Positions 12,141 to 23,518 of a stretch of DNA of 64,000 bases are shown here, one piece after another (position 1 is the first letter of the stretch; the number at the start of each line of letters is the position of its first letter). The notes under the pieces are model-generated. The model did no database searches and had not been told where the DNA came from. It saw nothing but the letters and a program-made list of their open reading frames with translations. The stretch comes from Octopus sinensis. Lineage: Eukaryota. The DNA lies in assembly GCF_006345805.1 (NCBI RefSeq), contig NC_043000.1, forward strand, positions 18,476,001 to 18,540,000, in the 5' to 3' direction. A program made the translations under genes and the position numbers.

Positions 12141-13192
12141 TAGTTTTGCTTTCCTAGAATGTCAACTCTTAGGAATCCCTTCCTTATTCATGTTTTTTTT
12201 TTACAGTTGGTGACTTGCAGTTGTTCAAGATGAACATTATCAAATCAATTTCACCAGTTTTGTCAGGAGTGTCCAACTCAAAGGTGCAAATTCTTCTTCC
12301 TGATAAAACTATTAAATTAAAAAAAATATATATAGGTATGACTGTGTGGTTAAGGTGCTTGCTTCCAAACCATGAGGTTTCAGGCTCAGCCCCACTGCAC
12401 AGCACTTTGGGAAAATTTCATCTTCTAGAGCCCCAGGCCAAGCAAAGCCTTATGAGTGGATTTGATGGGTGGAAATTGAAAGGAGTATCATGTATGTTGC
12501 TTTGTCTTAAACATTGCATGGTGGTTATAAATGAGCACTGCTTGTTCCTAATCTTCCATGACAAATATATCTGACCACAGAGAAATATTACCCTTTTTGG
12601 AAACAGTTGAAGGTTGACATGAGAGGAAGGGTGTCTAGTTGTAGAAAATTTGTTTCCACAAATTTCATCAGACCCATGAAAAGATGGAAAAGGGCATGTT
12701 AAAATATGTTGAAACAATGCTGATGCTAATTACTATATTCTTAGTTTTACAGGTGCATAAATATGTTCTGCCAAAAACTGCTGTAAAGTAACTGAAAGAA
12801 GTACAGAGCAGCTCAAAATAAAGTACAAAATATAGTAACGAAAGAGTTAAATACTTCCAACAGTCCTAAAGCTTTTCTGATTTATATCTGCAGTAGTTAA
12901 TTCTAGACATTTGTACTTGTCTTCTGTACCTTTTATCTCATTGCCCTCCTAGTATACCTTGGTATAACTTGAAAAATTAATAATGATAAATCAATTTACA
13001 TTAAACGAAGAGGAACAACTAATGATGTCATCACGATCTCAAGCAATAACAGACTGTTATTAATTTTATAGTGGACTGAGTATATTTAAGAACCACTACC
13101 TTTATGGACAAATAACAGGTAATATCATATAATATTTAAATCCTAGAAACAAGTTTGAAATAATGGAACATTAATGTTCTGCAATTACTCAC

Positions 13193-13303
13193 AAGTCCAC
13201 CTTGGTTATTGAAGGCACAATAGCTTCCAACTAGAACATTATCAGCAATAGTCTGTCTAAATACTTCAACTTTCAGCACATCAGTGATAATTTCTTCTGT
13301 TTC
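13193..13303 (-). CDS. EIF6: eIF6 coding exon 4 ([37 protein letters not shown])
   Basis: 111 nt, phase 0/0, acceptor cacAG, donor GTGAGT. Confidence 0.97.
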
Positions 13304-13597
13304 CTGTGAGAGAAGTTAAAATTGAAAATATTCAAATTCAAAGGAGAGTAAAAGAAAAAAAAAAAAAAAAAAAGATTGGCCTTTTTGTTCCCATATCTCT
13401 GTTTAAATAGTTTTTGCTTCAGTTAATTTTTAAAATAAAGAAGTTAGTAAAATAAGTAACATTATTAAGCTGGGGTTTGGGATATAAATTAACAGGAATT
13501 TTTTTTTTTTAAAAGAAGGCTTCAATTTTGATCACTTTAAAATATATAAGATTGTATACACAGTAGGTGGGAACCAGACAAGTTGGTATGAAAACGA

Positions 13598-13830
13598 AGG
13601 CGGCAAACTGGCAGAATCGTTAGCACGCCGGGCAAAATACATAGCAGTATTCCGTCTGCCGTTACGTTTTGAGTTCAAATTCCGTCGAGGTCGACTTAAC
13701 CATTCATCCTTTCGGGGTCGATAAATTCAGTACCAGTTACGCACTGGGGTCGATGTAATCGACTTTATCCGTTTGTCTGTCCTTGTGTGTCCCCTCTGTG
13801 TTTAGCCCCTTGTGGGTAGTAAAGAAATAG
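13598..13830 (+). mobile_element. SINE family C
   Basis: Full-length. Confidence 0.87.
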
Positions 13831-13893
13831 GTATGAAAACGATTAAGTCAAGAACTGGATGAATAAACAAGAGCATAGATTTAATTGTATTAC

Positions 13894-14069
13894 CCGGTCA
13901 AGATCTGGATGCACAAGAGCAACATAATCATTACAAGCTATTACATTGCCTAAAGCTGACAGTCTTTCTTCAATTCTTTGCACATGAACAGAATCTGGTA
14001 GACTGTTACGGATATGTTGTAATTCTTGGTCAGTGGTAGAATTTGGAACAATCAAACCATTTTTGTTTC
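13894..14069 (-). CDS. EIF6: eIF6 coding exon 3 ([26 protein letters not shown]...VHPDLDR)
   Basis: Overlaps ORF 13843-14055; unmistakable eIF6 sequence; 176 nt; AG/GT borders. Confidence 0.98.
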
Positions 14070-14152
14070 CTTAAAGCAAATCGAATGAAAACACTGGAAA
14101 TTTATTTTCACTTGTAGTAACATGCAATGACATTTGTTTTGATAAGGCTTAA

Positions 14153-14595
14153 CCCTTTCGTTACTGTATTTATTTTGAGATGCTCTGTTTCTTTCAATTA
14201 CTTTAACCCTTTAGTGTTTGCATTATTCTGCCAAAGTTAATCCTTTTTTATCCACATTGTTTTGAGTTAATCATGCATTATCTTGTAGCTATGAGATTTT
14301 GATGAGGTAGCTGTTAATTTTTAAAACGATATTGTAGGGTTGGTCTGAGAGACCAGATCTGGTCAGTTTGACCATAAAACAGGCAGAATACTTTTGGCCG
14401 GATATGGCCGGTTTAAATGCTAAAGGGTTAAATATAACAAAGAATTTAATAAAATAGCTTAGTTATCATTCAGCAAGTGTTAGGAACATAAATTGTGACT
14501 AAGGTTTGGTGGAAGATTTTAATTCAAAACTTATGAAAACAAGACATTTGTACTCAGAGTCAGGGCTGGTTTCAGCCGGGTTGGTAACGAAAGGG
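14153..14595. mobile_element. piggyBac-type MITE (family F) with a nested MITE
   Basis: TTAA-CCCTTTCGTTAC ... GTAACGAAAGGG-TTAA. Confidence 0.85.
14207..14427. mobile_element. piggyBac-type MITE (family E) nested at a TTAA
   Basis: TTAA-CCCTTTAG ... CTAAAGGG-TTAA; other copies at about 4078-4296, 36018-36204, 42650-42825, 60700-60895 and 30950-31090. Confidence 0.85.
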
Positions 14596-14889
14596 TTAAA
14601 AAGTAAAACACACAAGATAAAAGAGACAGCACAGATAACAAGTCATTTAGTTCTGAGTTTGAGATGCCTAATCTTAATTCTGAATGCAGAGAAGAGAATA
14701 AGCTCGCAGGAGTAGTACTACAGTTACAAACAAATGGTACATAGAAACTGGAACAGAATTTTTTTCTTAATGATAGATATACTGATTAAAGTAAGCAATA
14801 TATCCTACATGAAAAGCACAACTTTCTCAAAAGACTGCACTTGAGTTGTTATATTACAGTACACAATGGTGATTGAGTTTGTAAAAATT

Positions 14890-15191
14890 ACGTAAAAAGC
14901 ACCATCCGAATCGTGGCCGAAGCCAGTGCCGCCTCGACTGGCTTCCGTGCAGGTGGCACGTAAAATGCATCAATCTGACTGTGGCCGATGCCAGCCTCGC
15001 CTGGCTCCAGTGCAGGTGGCACGTAAAAAGCACCCACTACACTCACGGAGTGGTTGGCGTTAGGAAGGGCATCCAGCTGTAGAAACATTGCCAGATAAGA
15101 CCGGAGCCTGGTGCAGCCTTCTGGCTTCCCAGATCCCCGGTCGAACCGTCCAACCCATGCTAGCATGGAGAACGGACGTTAAATGATGATG
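14890..15191 (+). mobile_element. RTE 3' end (family A)
   Basis: Same core and tail. Confidence 0.85.
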
Positions 15192-15294
15192 TTGAACACA
15201 GTCATAAAATGGTATATGTTCTTATCATTTCTCAATTCAACTTATAACATTTACAAGGTACAAGTAAATAAAAATATCTCAACACAGATACACA

Positions 15295-16160
15295 TATCAT
15301 CATCATCATTTAACATCCATTGTCCATGCTGGCATGGGTTGGACAGTTTGACTGGGCTGGCACACTGGAAGGCTGTGCCAGGATGGGTCAGTGGTAGAAT
15401 TTGTAATGGGTGCCATTTACGTGACACAAGTACCTGCCACGACTGCGATTTTGCTCAGCTTGATGGGTCTTCTTCTCAAGCATGACATAATGCCAAAGGT
15501 CTTGGTCGTTGCCTCCGTGAGGCCCAACACTTGAAATCATATAAAGAGATGAAATTGATAGAAGGATGATGGTTGAGAGATTGAATCGGGACAAATCAAA
15601 TCAATTCAAATACCTTTCTTTGATATGCAGATGGCTTACTGTCAATAGGAGAGAGAAATAGTGAAAAGGGCAATAGATAAGATTTAATATGAAAATGAGT
15701 GAGATATCCAATAGACCATACATTCTAACCTCCATTCCACTACCATTTAACACCTGTCTTACTGTACTTGTATGGATAGATGGATCTTCTCCAACACCTT
15801 GTACCAACACCCTTTATGACTCTTTGTCATCTCTTCCATGAGATTCAGGTTCCTCAGATTGGTTGTCATTACTTCATTCTATACCTTCCAAGGTCTCCTT
15901 ATTCTACAGGTTCCAATCATTTCAACTGTCCAGCAATTCTTTATACAACAAACACCATCCATAAGCATTACCTGCCAGTACTGGCAGTCTTCTCTCCTGC
16001 TCACTACATCAGATTCCTCATATATCCAGTTTTCCTCTACGCTCATTTGTGCTCCACCATTCATGCACAATAACATTACACACTCAGTACTCCATTTGTT
16101 TCTGGCTGCCGGAAATCTGCATTCAAGACAAATACCTCAAATGCATCAGGTAATCTGGCC
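15295..16160 (-). mobile_element. Decayed RTE LINE 3' fragment (variant tail)
   Basis: (GAT)n tail, RTE-like 3'UTR and degenerate C-terminal RT residues. Confidence 0.55.
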
Positions 16161-16385
16161 GTTACTCTGAAAGGAAAACTCTTTCGGACAAGCAGAAGTA
16201 ACAGGTCCCTATTCCTACTTTGATTATTATGATTTTGAAACACCTGACTGTTCTACAAATTTACTCTCTTTAGCAATAAAAGCCAACAAATATTTTTCAC
16301 AATCTTCCAAACATTTAAAGAAATTTGCTTCACAAGTATTCTTATGAACTATTCTTGTGTATTTATCATATACAAAATCTCGCCT

Positions 16386-16770
16386 TACTGGCGCTTGTGC
16401 CTCGTGCTAGTAGGGTGCTAAGAGTACCATCAGAGCGTGATCGTTGCCAAAGTGGCTAACTGGCTTCCATGCCGGTGGCACATAAAAGGCACCGTTCAAA
16501 CGTGATCATTACCTGCATCGCCTTACTGGCATGTGTAAAAACATTCGAGCAAGGTCGTTGTCAGTGCTGCCTGACTGGCCCCCGTGCCGGTGGCATGTAA
16601 AAGCACCCACTACACTCTCGGAGTGGTTGGCATTAGAAAGAGCATCCAGCTGTAGAAACTCTGCCAGACCAAGATTGGAGCCTGGTGCAGCCATCTGGTT
16701 CGCCAGCCCTCAGTTAAGTCGTCCGACCCATGCTAGCATGGAAAGCAGACGTTAAACGATAATGATGATA
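16386..16770 (+). mobile_element. RTE 3' end (family A variant)
   Basis: Same core and tail; variant upstream part shared with 61230-61512. Confidence 0.8.
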
Positions 16771-17262
16771 CCACTACACTTATTGTGACTTATGTACCTA
16801 TAGCTTACACTGGATACACGATCCACAAGTTCTAACTACTGATATTCTACATATTAAGCATGGCCATTTTTATGGCAGTAAGAGTCTTGCCTTCTTTCCT
16901 ACTTACTAAAACTTGACTCTTTGTTGAATCTACTTTGGAGCCTCTTGATTCTAGGTTTTGTTTCCATGTCAAAATTTTTTTCTCCAAGTCCAATTCACCT
17001 ATAAGAACTAAGACTAGATTTCCAACAGACAGCAAGGAATACACTCTAGTTATGGCCTAGAAGGCAACAATAAAGATGAAAGAGGTGCCAAAAACTGATT
17101 CCTGATGGACCCCTTAATGCACACTAATCTCAGTATACAGATTGTGTTTGTGTACATAGGTTGTATAGGCTATTCATCTGTGCCTAATTTCCTTAGTGAC
17201 CAACAGATTAGAAAATGGAACCCTGTCAAAGGACTTCCCCAGTTAACAAATACTAGTAATAT

Positions 17263-17667
17263 CCGTTCGTGTCCGTTGCCAGCCCTGCCTGGCCCCCGTG
17301 CCGGTGGCACGTAAAAGCAGCATCCGTTCGTGTCCATTGCCAGCCTCGCCTGGCCCCCGTGCCGGTGGCATGTAAAAGCACCATCCGTTCGTGTCCGTTG
17401 CCAGCCCCGCCTGGCCCCCGTGCCGGTGGCATGTAAAAGCACCATCCGTTCATGGCCGTTTGCCAGCTCCGTCTGGCACCTGTGCGGGTGGCACGTAAAA
17501 AGCACCCACTACACTCACGGAGTGGTTGGCGTTAGGAAGGGCATCCAGCCGTAGAAACACTGCCAGATCAGACTGGGCCCGATGCGGCCTTCCGGCTTCA
17601 CAGACCCCAGTTGAACCGTCCAACCCATGCTAGCATGGAAAGCGGATGCTAAATGATGATGATGATG
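17263..17667 (+). mobile_element. RTE 3' end (family A)
   Basis: Several minisatellite units and (GAT)n tail. Confidence 0.88.
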
Positions 17668-17898
17668 GAGCAAGATTGTTTTATGAGGAAGACAGTGTTG
17701 ATACATATAAATGTGCCTATATACACACACAAACAAGCTTTAAATTGTTCTACTTATCATAACCTAGGTATATCTTTTCTGTTAGTTTGAAACTGAATTA
17801 AGCAAAATTGATTTTGAAGAGAGATTCCTTAGAAACATATAAAGGAAATGGTGAGCATATTTTAAAGAAATACAAATATATTGTAGAAGCTAACTTAC

Positions 17899-17984
17899 CA
17901 ACACACATACGACCAATTATGCGGCAACCAGCAAGGGAAGCATGTACAACAGGGATTGCTTCACCTAGTTCACCTTCAAATAAA
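17899..17984 (-). CDS. EIF6: eIF6 coding exon 2 ([29 protein letters not shown])
   Basis: eIF6 motif; acceptor ttttattttAG, donor GTAAGT; 86 nt; phases fit neighbours. Confidence 0.97.
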
Positions 17985-18213
17985 CTAAAATAAAATATTA
18001 AATAAAAAGATTAAAATTAGAAGACAAAATTTGAAAAATAAAGAGAGAAAGGGGAGGAAGTTTATTTTTTTTCGTTTTCTGACCAAAATTGATAAGACAT
18101 TTGATATCAATGATGTTTTGAATAATGAATTTATGTTAAAAAAAAAAAAGAATTGTTTTCTCTTAATTTTGAAATTTAATGGCTTAAACCTTTTGCTCAG
18201 AAATATTACCAAA

Positions 18214-18622
18214 CTAGACAGTACTCGCGTGTTTGTGCGCACGCATGCACTAGCACTATGACCCGGCGTTACCGGGTCATGCTGCTAGTGCATGCATATA
18301 CAGCTGCGTGCGTGCACACATACACGCGAGTACTGTCCAAATCTCCAACCAATCACATACAGCTAGCTGGCATTCAATTGGCGTATCAAGTTTCGGGCAC
18401 TTTGATTGGGTTTTGGATAGAAAATTCACAAAAAAGTCACTTCTATTGATTTTTTTTAATGGCTTTGCGGAGTGACTGGGGAAATGTAAAGATGTGCACG
18501 ACCACCCTTGGATGGTTCTGAATGGCCATAGAAAGTGCGAGCCCTCTGACCGAAAAATTGTGGATTTGTATAAAGGATACACACACACACACATTTTGCT
18601 GTTTATATATATAGAGAAGAGA
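18214..18622 (-). mobile_element. Helitron-like element with a long palindromic 3' end
   Basis: 5' TC..TCTATATATATAAAC; 3' hairpin GACCCGGTAACGCCGGGTC and two CTAGT ends. Confidence 0.65.
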
Positions 18623-18916
18623 TACCTTATGAAAATTTAGATTTTTAATAAACTTGCTCATATCCAAACATACTTCACAGTTCTCATTGTCTGTGAAAAT
18701 GTTAGTTAAAACACATTGTAAAGTTATGGAAACTAAATAGAAAAGATGAAATCACTGCAATAAATCAGACTAACATTATTATTAAACAAAAGTAGATAGG
18801 AATTGCAGCAATAATTCTAAGTTCCCTCTTGTAATAAACCACGGTTGTTCTTATTCAAGTAGCCATAACGTTTAATAAACTACACCTAATTAAACATAGC
18901 ATTTTATAACAAAAAG

Positions 18917-19216
18917 TACCATCCGTTCGTGGCCATTTACCAGCTCTGTCTGTTGCCAGCCTCGCCTGGCCCCCGTGCCGGTGACACGTAAAAGCACCAT
19001 CCGTTCGTGGCCGTTTGCCAGCTCTGTCTGGCACCTGTGCGGGTGGCACGTAAAAAGCATCCACTACACTCACGGAGTGGTTGGCGTTAGGAAGGGCATC
19101 CAGCCGTAGAAACACTGCCAGATCTGACTGGGCCTGATGAAGCCTTCCGGCTTCCCAGACCCCAGTTGAACCGTCCAACCCATGCTAGCATGGAAAACGG
19201 ACGCTAAATGATGATG
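18917..19216 (+). mobile_element. RTE 3' end (family A)
   Basis: Same core and tail. Confidence 0.85.
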
Positions 19217-19740
19217 AGTGCGTATGTGTGTATTTACGTTTATCAATATTTCATACCTGTTTGGACTTGACCTCATACGTTGTTTACAAGGTTAACAATT
19301 TAAAAATAACTGAAGGCTAACACACTTCAAATGAAAACAATTACTTGAGACTACTAACGAAACACTCTTGATTAGAGACAAAAATTTTCGTCAGTCTTTA
19401 TCAAATGTAGATAAATAGCAAACAAACGGTACGTATCTCAGAACTTGCTACTGACTTTCGTTATGCTCGTGGATATAGGTATAACAGCTTAATTGTGTTT
19501 TCGGGTTCGATCGTACTGCTTGACACCCAGAGAAAATGACAATCAAAACCTTGAGCAAAATCATCGGGAGAGGCAGACCGCCGTCCGGTTTGCGAAATTT
19601 TTTTCCCCACTAGAGTTCCGGACCCCAGTTATGAACTCATTTGTATGCAGCCAATCAGAGCTCAACAATCAAACTAATTTATGAGCGCAAAACAAGTGTT
19701 GGGCGATAAGATAAGATCACTTGGGTAAGGAATGACCATT

Positions 19741-19942
19741 CTTTATTCTTTTACTTGTTTCAGTCATTTGACTGTGGCCATGCTGGAGCACCGCCTTTAG
19801 TCGAGCAAATCGACCCCGGGACTTATTCTTTGTAAGCCCAGTACTTATTCTATCGGTCTCTTTTGCCGAACCGGTAAGTGACAGGGACGTAAACACACCA
19901 GCATCGGTTGTCAAGCAATGCTAGGGGGACAAACATATACAT

Positions 19943-19975
<33 letters not shown>

Positions 19976-20139
19976 CGACAGGCTTCTTTCAGTTTCCGTC
20001 TACCAAATCCACTCACAAGGCATTGGTCGGCCCGGGGCTATAGCAGAAGGCACTTGCCCAAGATGCCACGCAGTGGGACTGAACCTGGAACCATGTGGTT
20101 GGTTAGCAAGCTACTTACCACACAGCCACTCCTGCGCCT
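19741..20139 (-). mobile_element. SINE family B
   Basis: Full-length match to the other copies. Confidence 0.9.
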
Positions 20140-21562
20140 CTTTTCTCTTTTTAGAATACTTGTTCTTGTTTCAACCATGGCTGCCTCTGCGTAGTTATTT
20201 GTGTTGTTGTTTACTTTGTATAACAGTAAAGGGGACAGGGTTGCCAGCACATCACCTTCTACCCACCCACATCTTTACCATATGGAGCCCTAGCAAAATC
20301 CGATAATAGGTACAGATGCAAATCTATCTAATTACTTGTCTCCTTCTAAAATCAGGCATAACTTGGCGATCGGTCGACTTACAGCACCATTCTTCGTCTT
20401 GAGTTTACTTGATAGAATGTGTTTTTAACTTAACAAGGTCAAGGTGAGCTCTGATAGGCTGTATGCAAATGAGTTCAGTGCTGGGGGGGTCAGAAAACCA
20501 TTTCGCGTCCGGCGAAACACCCACCACCTAACCCATAAGAGCGTTTAGCAGAGTTCAGTTTGTTGGGGCTAGCATAACTTTCTTCCTTTGGAGAACACCC
20601 TGAATAAGTTTGGCATACCGACACAAGAGTACTCCCCCGTCCAACTTTATTTCCTCATAACGTACAGAAAAATGGATATTGAAAAAAATTTGTTTTCACA
20701 AATATACTTCGGACGGTGCAGATTCTGATCATGGAAAAAAGTTTTGTGGAAAAAAATTTCCGAAGGTGGTGGTGGGGAGTTTCTGAAAATTCACAAAAGT
20801 CGGTTTTGTTTCCTCATAACTTTCAGGAAAATGGATATGAAATTTTCAACAAATACTTTTCAGATGGTGTAGGCTACGATTATATCGGAATTTAATATGA
20901 AAACCAAAAAAAAAATTTGGTGGGTTCGCACACATGCATACTGACATAGATCACAATGTGAATTGTCGAGTTGTCACGGAAACAAGCGAGGTCTTGTTAT
21001 TGTTTTGTCGAGTTAAACCGAAGGATCGCCGTAATTTATACGATCTGAAGCGTATTTGTAGAAAATTTAATTTAAAAAATATCAATTTTTTCTAGAAGTT
21101 ATGACGAAACAAACTCAAGGGGGTCACACGTGCGTACGGTACCCGTACCTATGCCGAAAGCTAATTATGAAGTAACAGGAATTAATCTGAAATAACACCA
21201 TAAAAAAAATCCCAACACTTCTACAGAAGTTAAAAGCCTTAGAATGAAATAAGGGACTGAAATGTATACAGGTTGCTTAAAGGATATTAAAAACAATATA
21301 TAGAGTCAAAACTGAATGATTTTTGCTTTTAAAGTAAGTGTGTATTCGATGGCAATTAATTACAATATACGATAGGTTATGTTATCAATGGCAAAAGATG
21401 ATGAGACGAGCTGGAAACAGTGAAGCTCCACGCCTCTGATCGTGCTCGGCTTCCTACTTGGTCCTCCCATTACAACACTAAATCGTGCCGGCCTAGATAG
21501 AAAGATAATAAATAATGCGTTATCAGAGGCCACGTGGGTGACAAATCATATATATATATATA

Positions 21563-21577
21563 TATTGCACAATCATT

Positions 21578-21621
<44 letters not shown>

Positions 21622-21636
21622 AATGATTGTGCAATA
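21563..21636. repeat. Perfect 74-bp palindrome centred on (AT)18
   Basis: TATTGCACAATCATTTGCC-(AT)18-GGCAAATGATTGTGCAATA. Confidence 0.95.
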
Positions 21637-21984
21637 AGTGAAGTTTCCCAAAGTACCTTGCGACAAAAAAAAAATTAATTAACTGTCGTTGTGTATATTG
21701 TAAAAGAGTGTTGGAGCTTTGAATTTTGGGGGTAAAATACAACCAATAAGTTTCGTCTTTTGTGTTAATTTAACATTTAGACAGTCTGCTTTGCAACCAG
21801 TTTTAATAAAGCATCGACAATTGGTTTAATTAGTATCGGATGCGGGTAGGGGGACGAGTAATGAACTCAATAAATTAAAAATAAATATATATCGCTTTAA
21901 TCGTTGTACAATTTTTAAAAAAATGTTTTAATTCAGTTAATATCGATAAAATTAAGGGTACTACTAGCGAATACTGGTCCCAGT

Positions 21985-22396
21985 GGCAATCTTTCGTCTC
22001 TAGTAGACCTTTCCGTCGATTTCCGTAAAAATTTCTTTTTTTTTTACATATGGGCTTGCGGGAACTTTTGAAATAATGAGAGCGAAAGAGAAAGCGATTG
22101 TATGACGAGGGAAGTTCTTTTGAAGTTACCGTGCATGGGAATCATTGATGTACATGTGTGTGTGTGTTTGATGGCGTGTGGGAGACAGAAAGTATGTCGT
22201 GTAAGTGAAGTGCTTCTGTTAGTGTGTGTGAAGAGACAGAGTAACGTGTGAAAGGGAGAGATAACTGAAATTTTTTACTCGGTGTATGCGTATATGTATG
22301 TATATTACTTCAAGAGTTCCCGCAAGCCCATATGTAAAAAAAAAATATTTTTTTACGGAAATCGACGGAAAGGTCTACTAGAGACGAAAGATCGCC
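21985..22396. mobile_element. Foldback/MITE with ~90-bp TIRs
   Basis: Arms 21985-22077 and 22304-22396 are reverse complements. Confidence 0.85.
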
Positions 22397-22441
22397 GGAA
22401 ATGAAAATTAAAGATAAAATTTGCCGTCCTTTTCGACTCAC

Positions 22442-22548
22442 CTATAAAAATTCTCGGATCCTCCGATAGCAACAAGGCAGTAAGAATTCGTTAATTTCGA
22501 AAACACTCCAACTTCGTTACTTCCTTCGAACTGAATACGAACAGCCAT
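22442..22548 (-). CDS. EIF6: eIF6 coding exon 1 ([36 protein letters not shown])
   Basis: Manual translation matches the conserved eIF6 N-terminus; ATG at 22548; donor AG|GTGAGT; 107 nt, phase 2. Confidence 0.97.
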
Positions 22549-22745
22549 CCTCTTAGCAGTATAGAACGAAGCGCAGTCGACAAGATTTCCTCCTCAATTG
22601 TTTATGATTCGCAACAAATTCTTCCTTTTTACCTTGATGGCACGGATTTCACATTTCCACCAGCATGTTGCACAATATGCGTACTACGTCACATCGAAGC
22701 TCTCTAGCGGTTCACAATAGTAACTAAGGGCGGATAATTCAGAAA
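22549..22745 (-). promoter_or_regulatory. Probable EIF6 5'UTR / core promoter
   Basis: CpG-containing, relatively GC-rich, repeat-free stretch directly upstream of the ATG; contains CRE-like TACGTCAC and a GGGCGG box. Position-based inference. Confidence 0.45.
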
Positions 22746-22764
22746 AAATACATCTATATATAGT

Positions 22765-23448
22765 TGTTTCATCATTTGCCATAAATAGTTTTATTTGTCT
22801 ATTCCACCCACTCCCACCCTCGCCAAGCATTTAGAAACCCCGACAGATTTCATAAACTAATGTAATTTTGTAGTTTTTTAATGTAATGGCGAATTATCTT
22901 GCCGAATTAACATTAGGTGCTGGTTATTTTTACTCTTTTACTTGTTTTAGTCATTTGACTGCGGCCATGCTGGAGCACCGCCTTTAATCGAGCAACTCGA
23001 CCCCGGGACTTATTCTTTTGTAAGCCCAGTACTTATTCTATCAGTCTCTTTTGCCGAACCGCTAAGTAACGGGGACATAAACACACCAGCATCGGTTGTC
23101 AAGCAATGCTAGGGGGACAAGCACAAACACACACGCATATATATATATATACGACGGGCTTCTTTCAGTTTCCGTCTACCAAATCCACTCACAAGGCTTT
23201 GGTCGGCCCAAGATGCCACGCAGTAGGACTGAACCCGGAACCATGTGGTTGGTAAGCAAGCTACTTACCACACAGCCACTCCTGTGCCTATGTTTCATCA
23301 TTTTCCATAAATAGTTTATTTGTCTATTCCCCCCCCCCCCCCGCAAGCATTTAGAAACCCAACAGATTTCATAAACTAATGTCATTTTGTAGTTTCTTAA
23401 TGTAATGGCAAATTATCTTGCCAAATTAACATTAGGTGCTGGTTATTT
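22765..23448 (+). repeat. ~160-bp direct repeats flanking a SINE
   Basis: 22765-22929 matches 23291-23448; both abut SINE 22931-23289. Confidence 0.9.
22931..23289 (-). mobile_element. SINE family B (small internal deletion)
   Basis: Flanked by ~160-bp direct repeats. Confidence 0.9.
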
Positions 23449-23518
23449 CCTTTAAGAATCTTCGATTACATAATTCCAATTGCACAACGCCGCCCTTGTT
23501 CATGCAATACCTTATGCA

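Noticed and set aside
19130-19155. CTGATGA-AGCC-ttcc-GGCT in RTE tails
   Set aside because: No GAAA follows stem II; other copies have CTGGTGC at this position.
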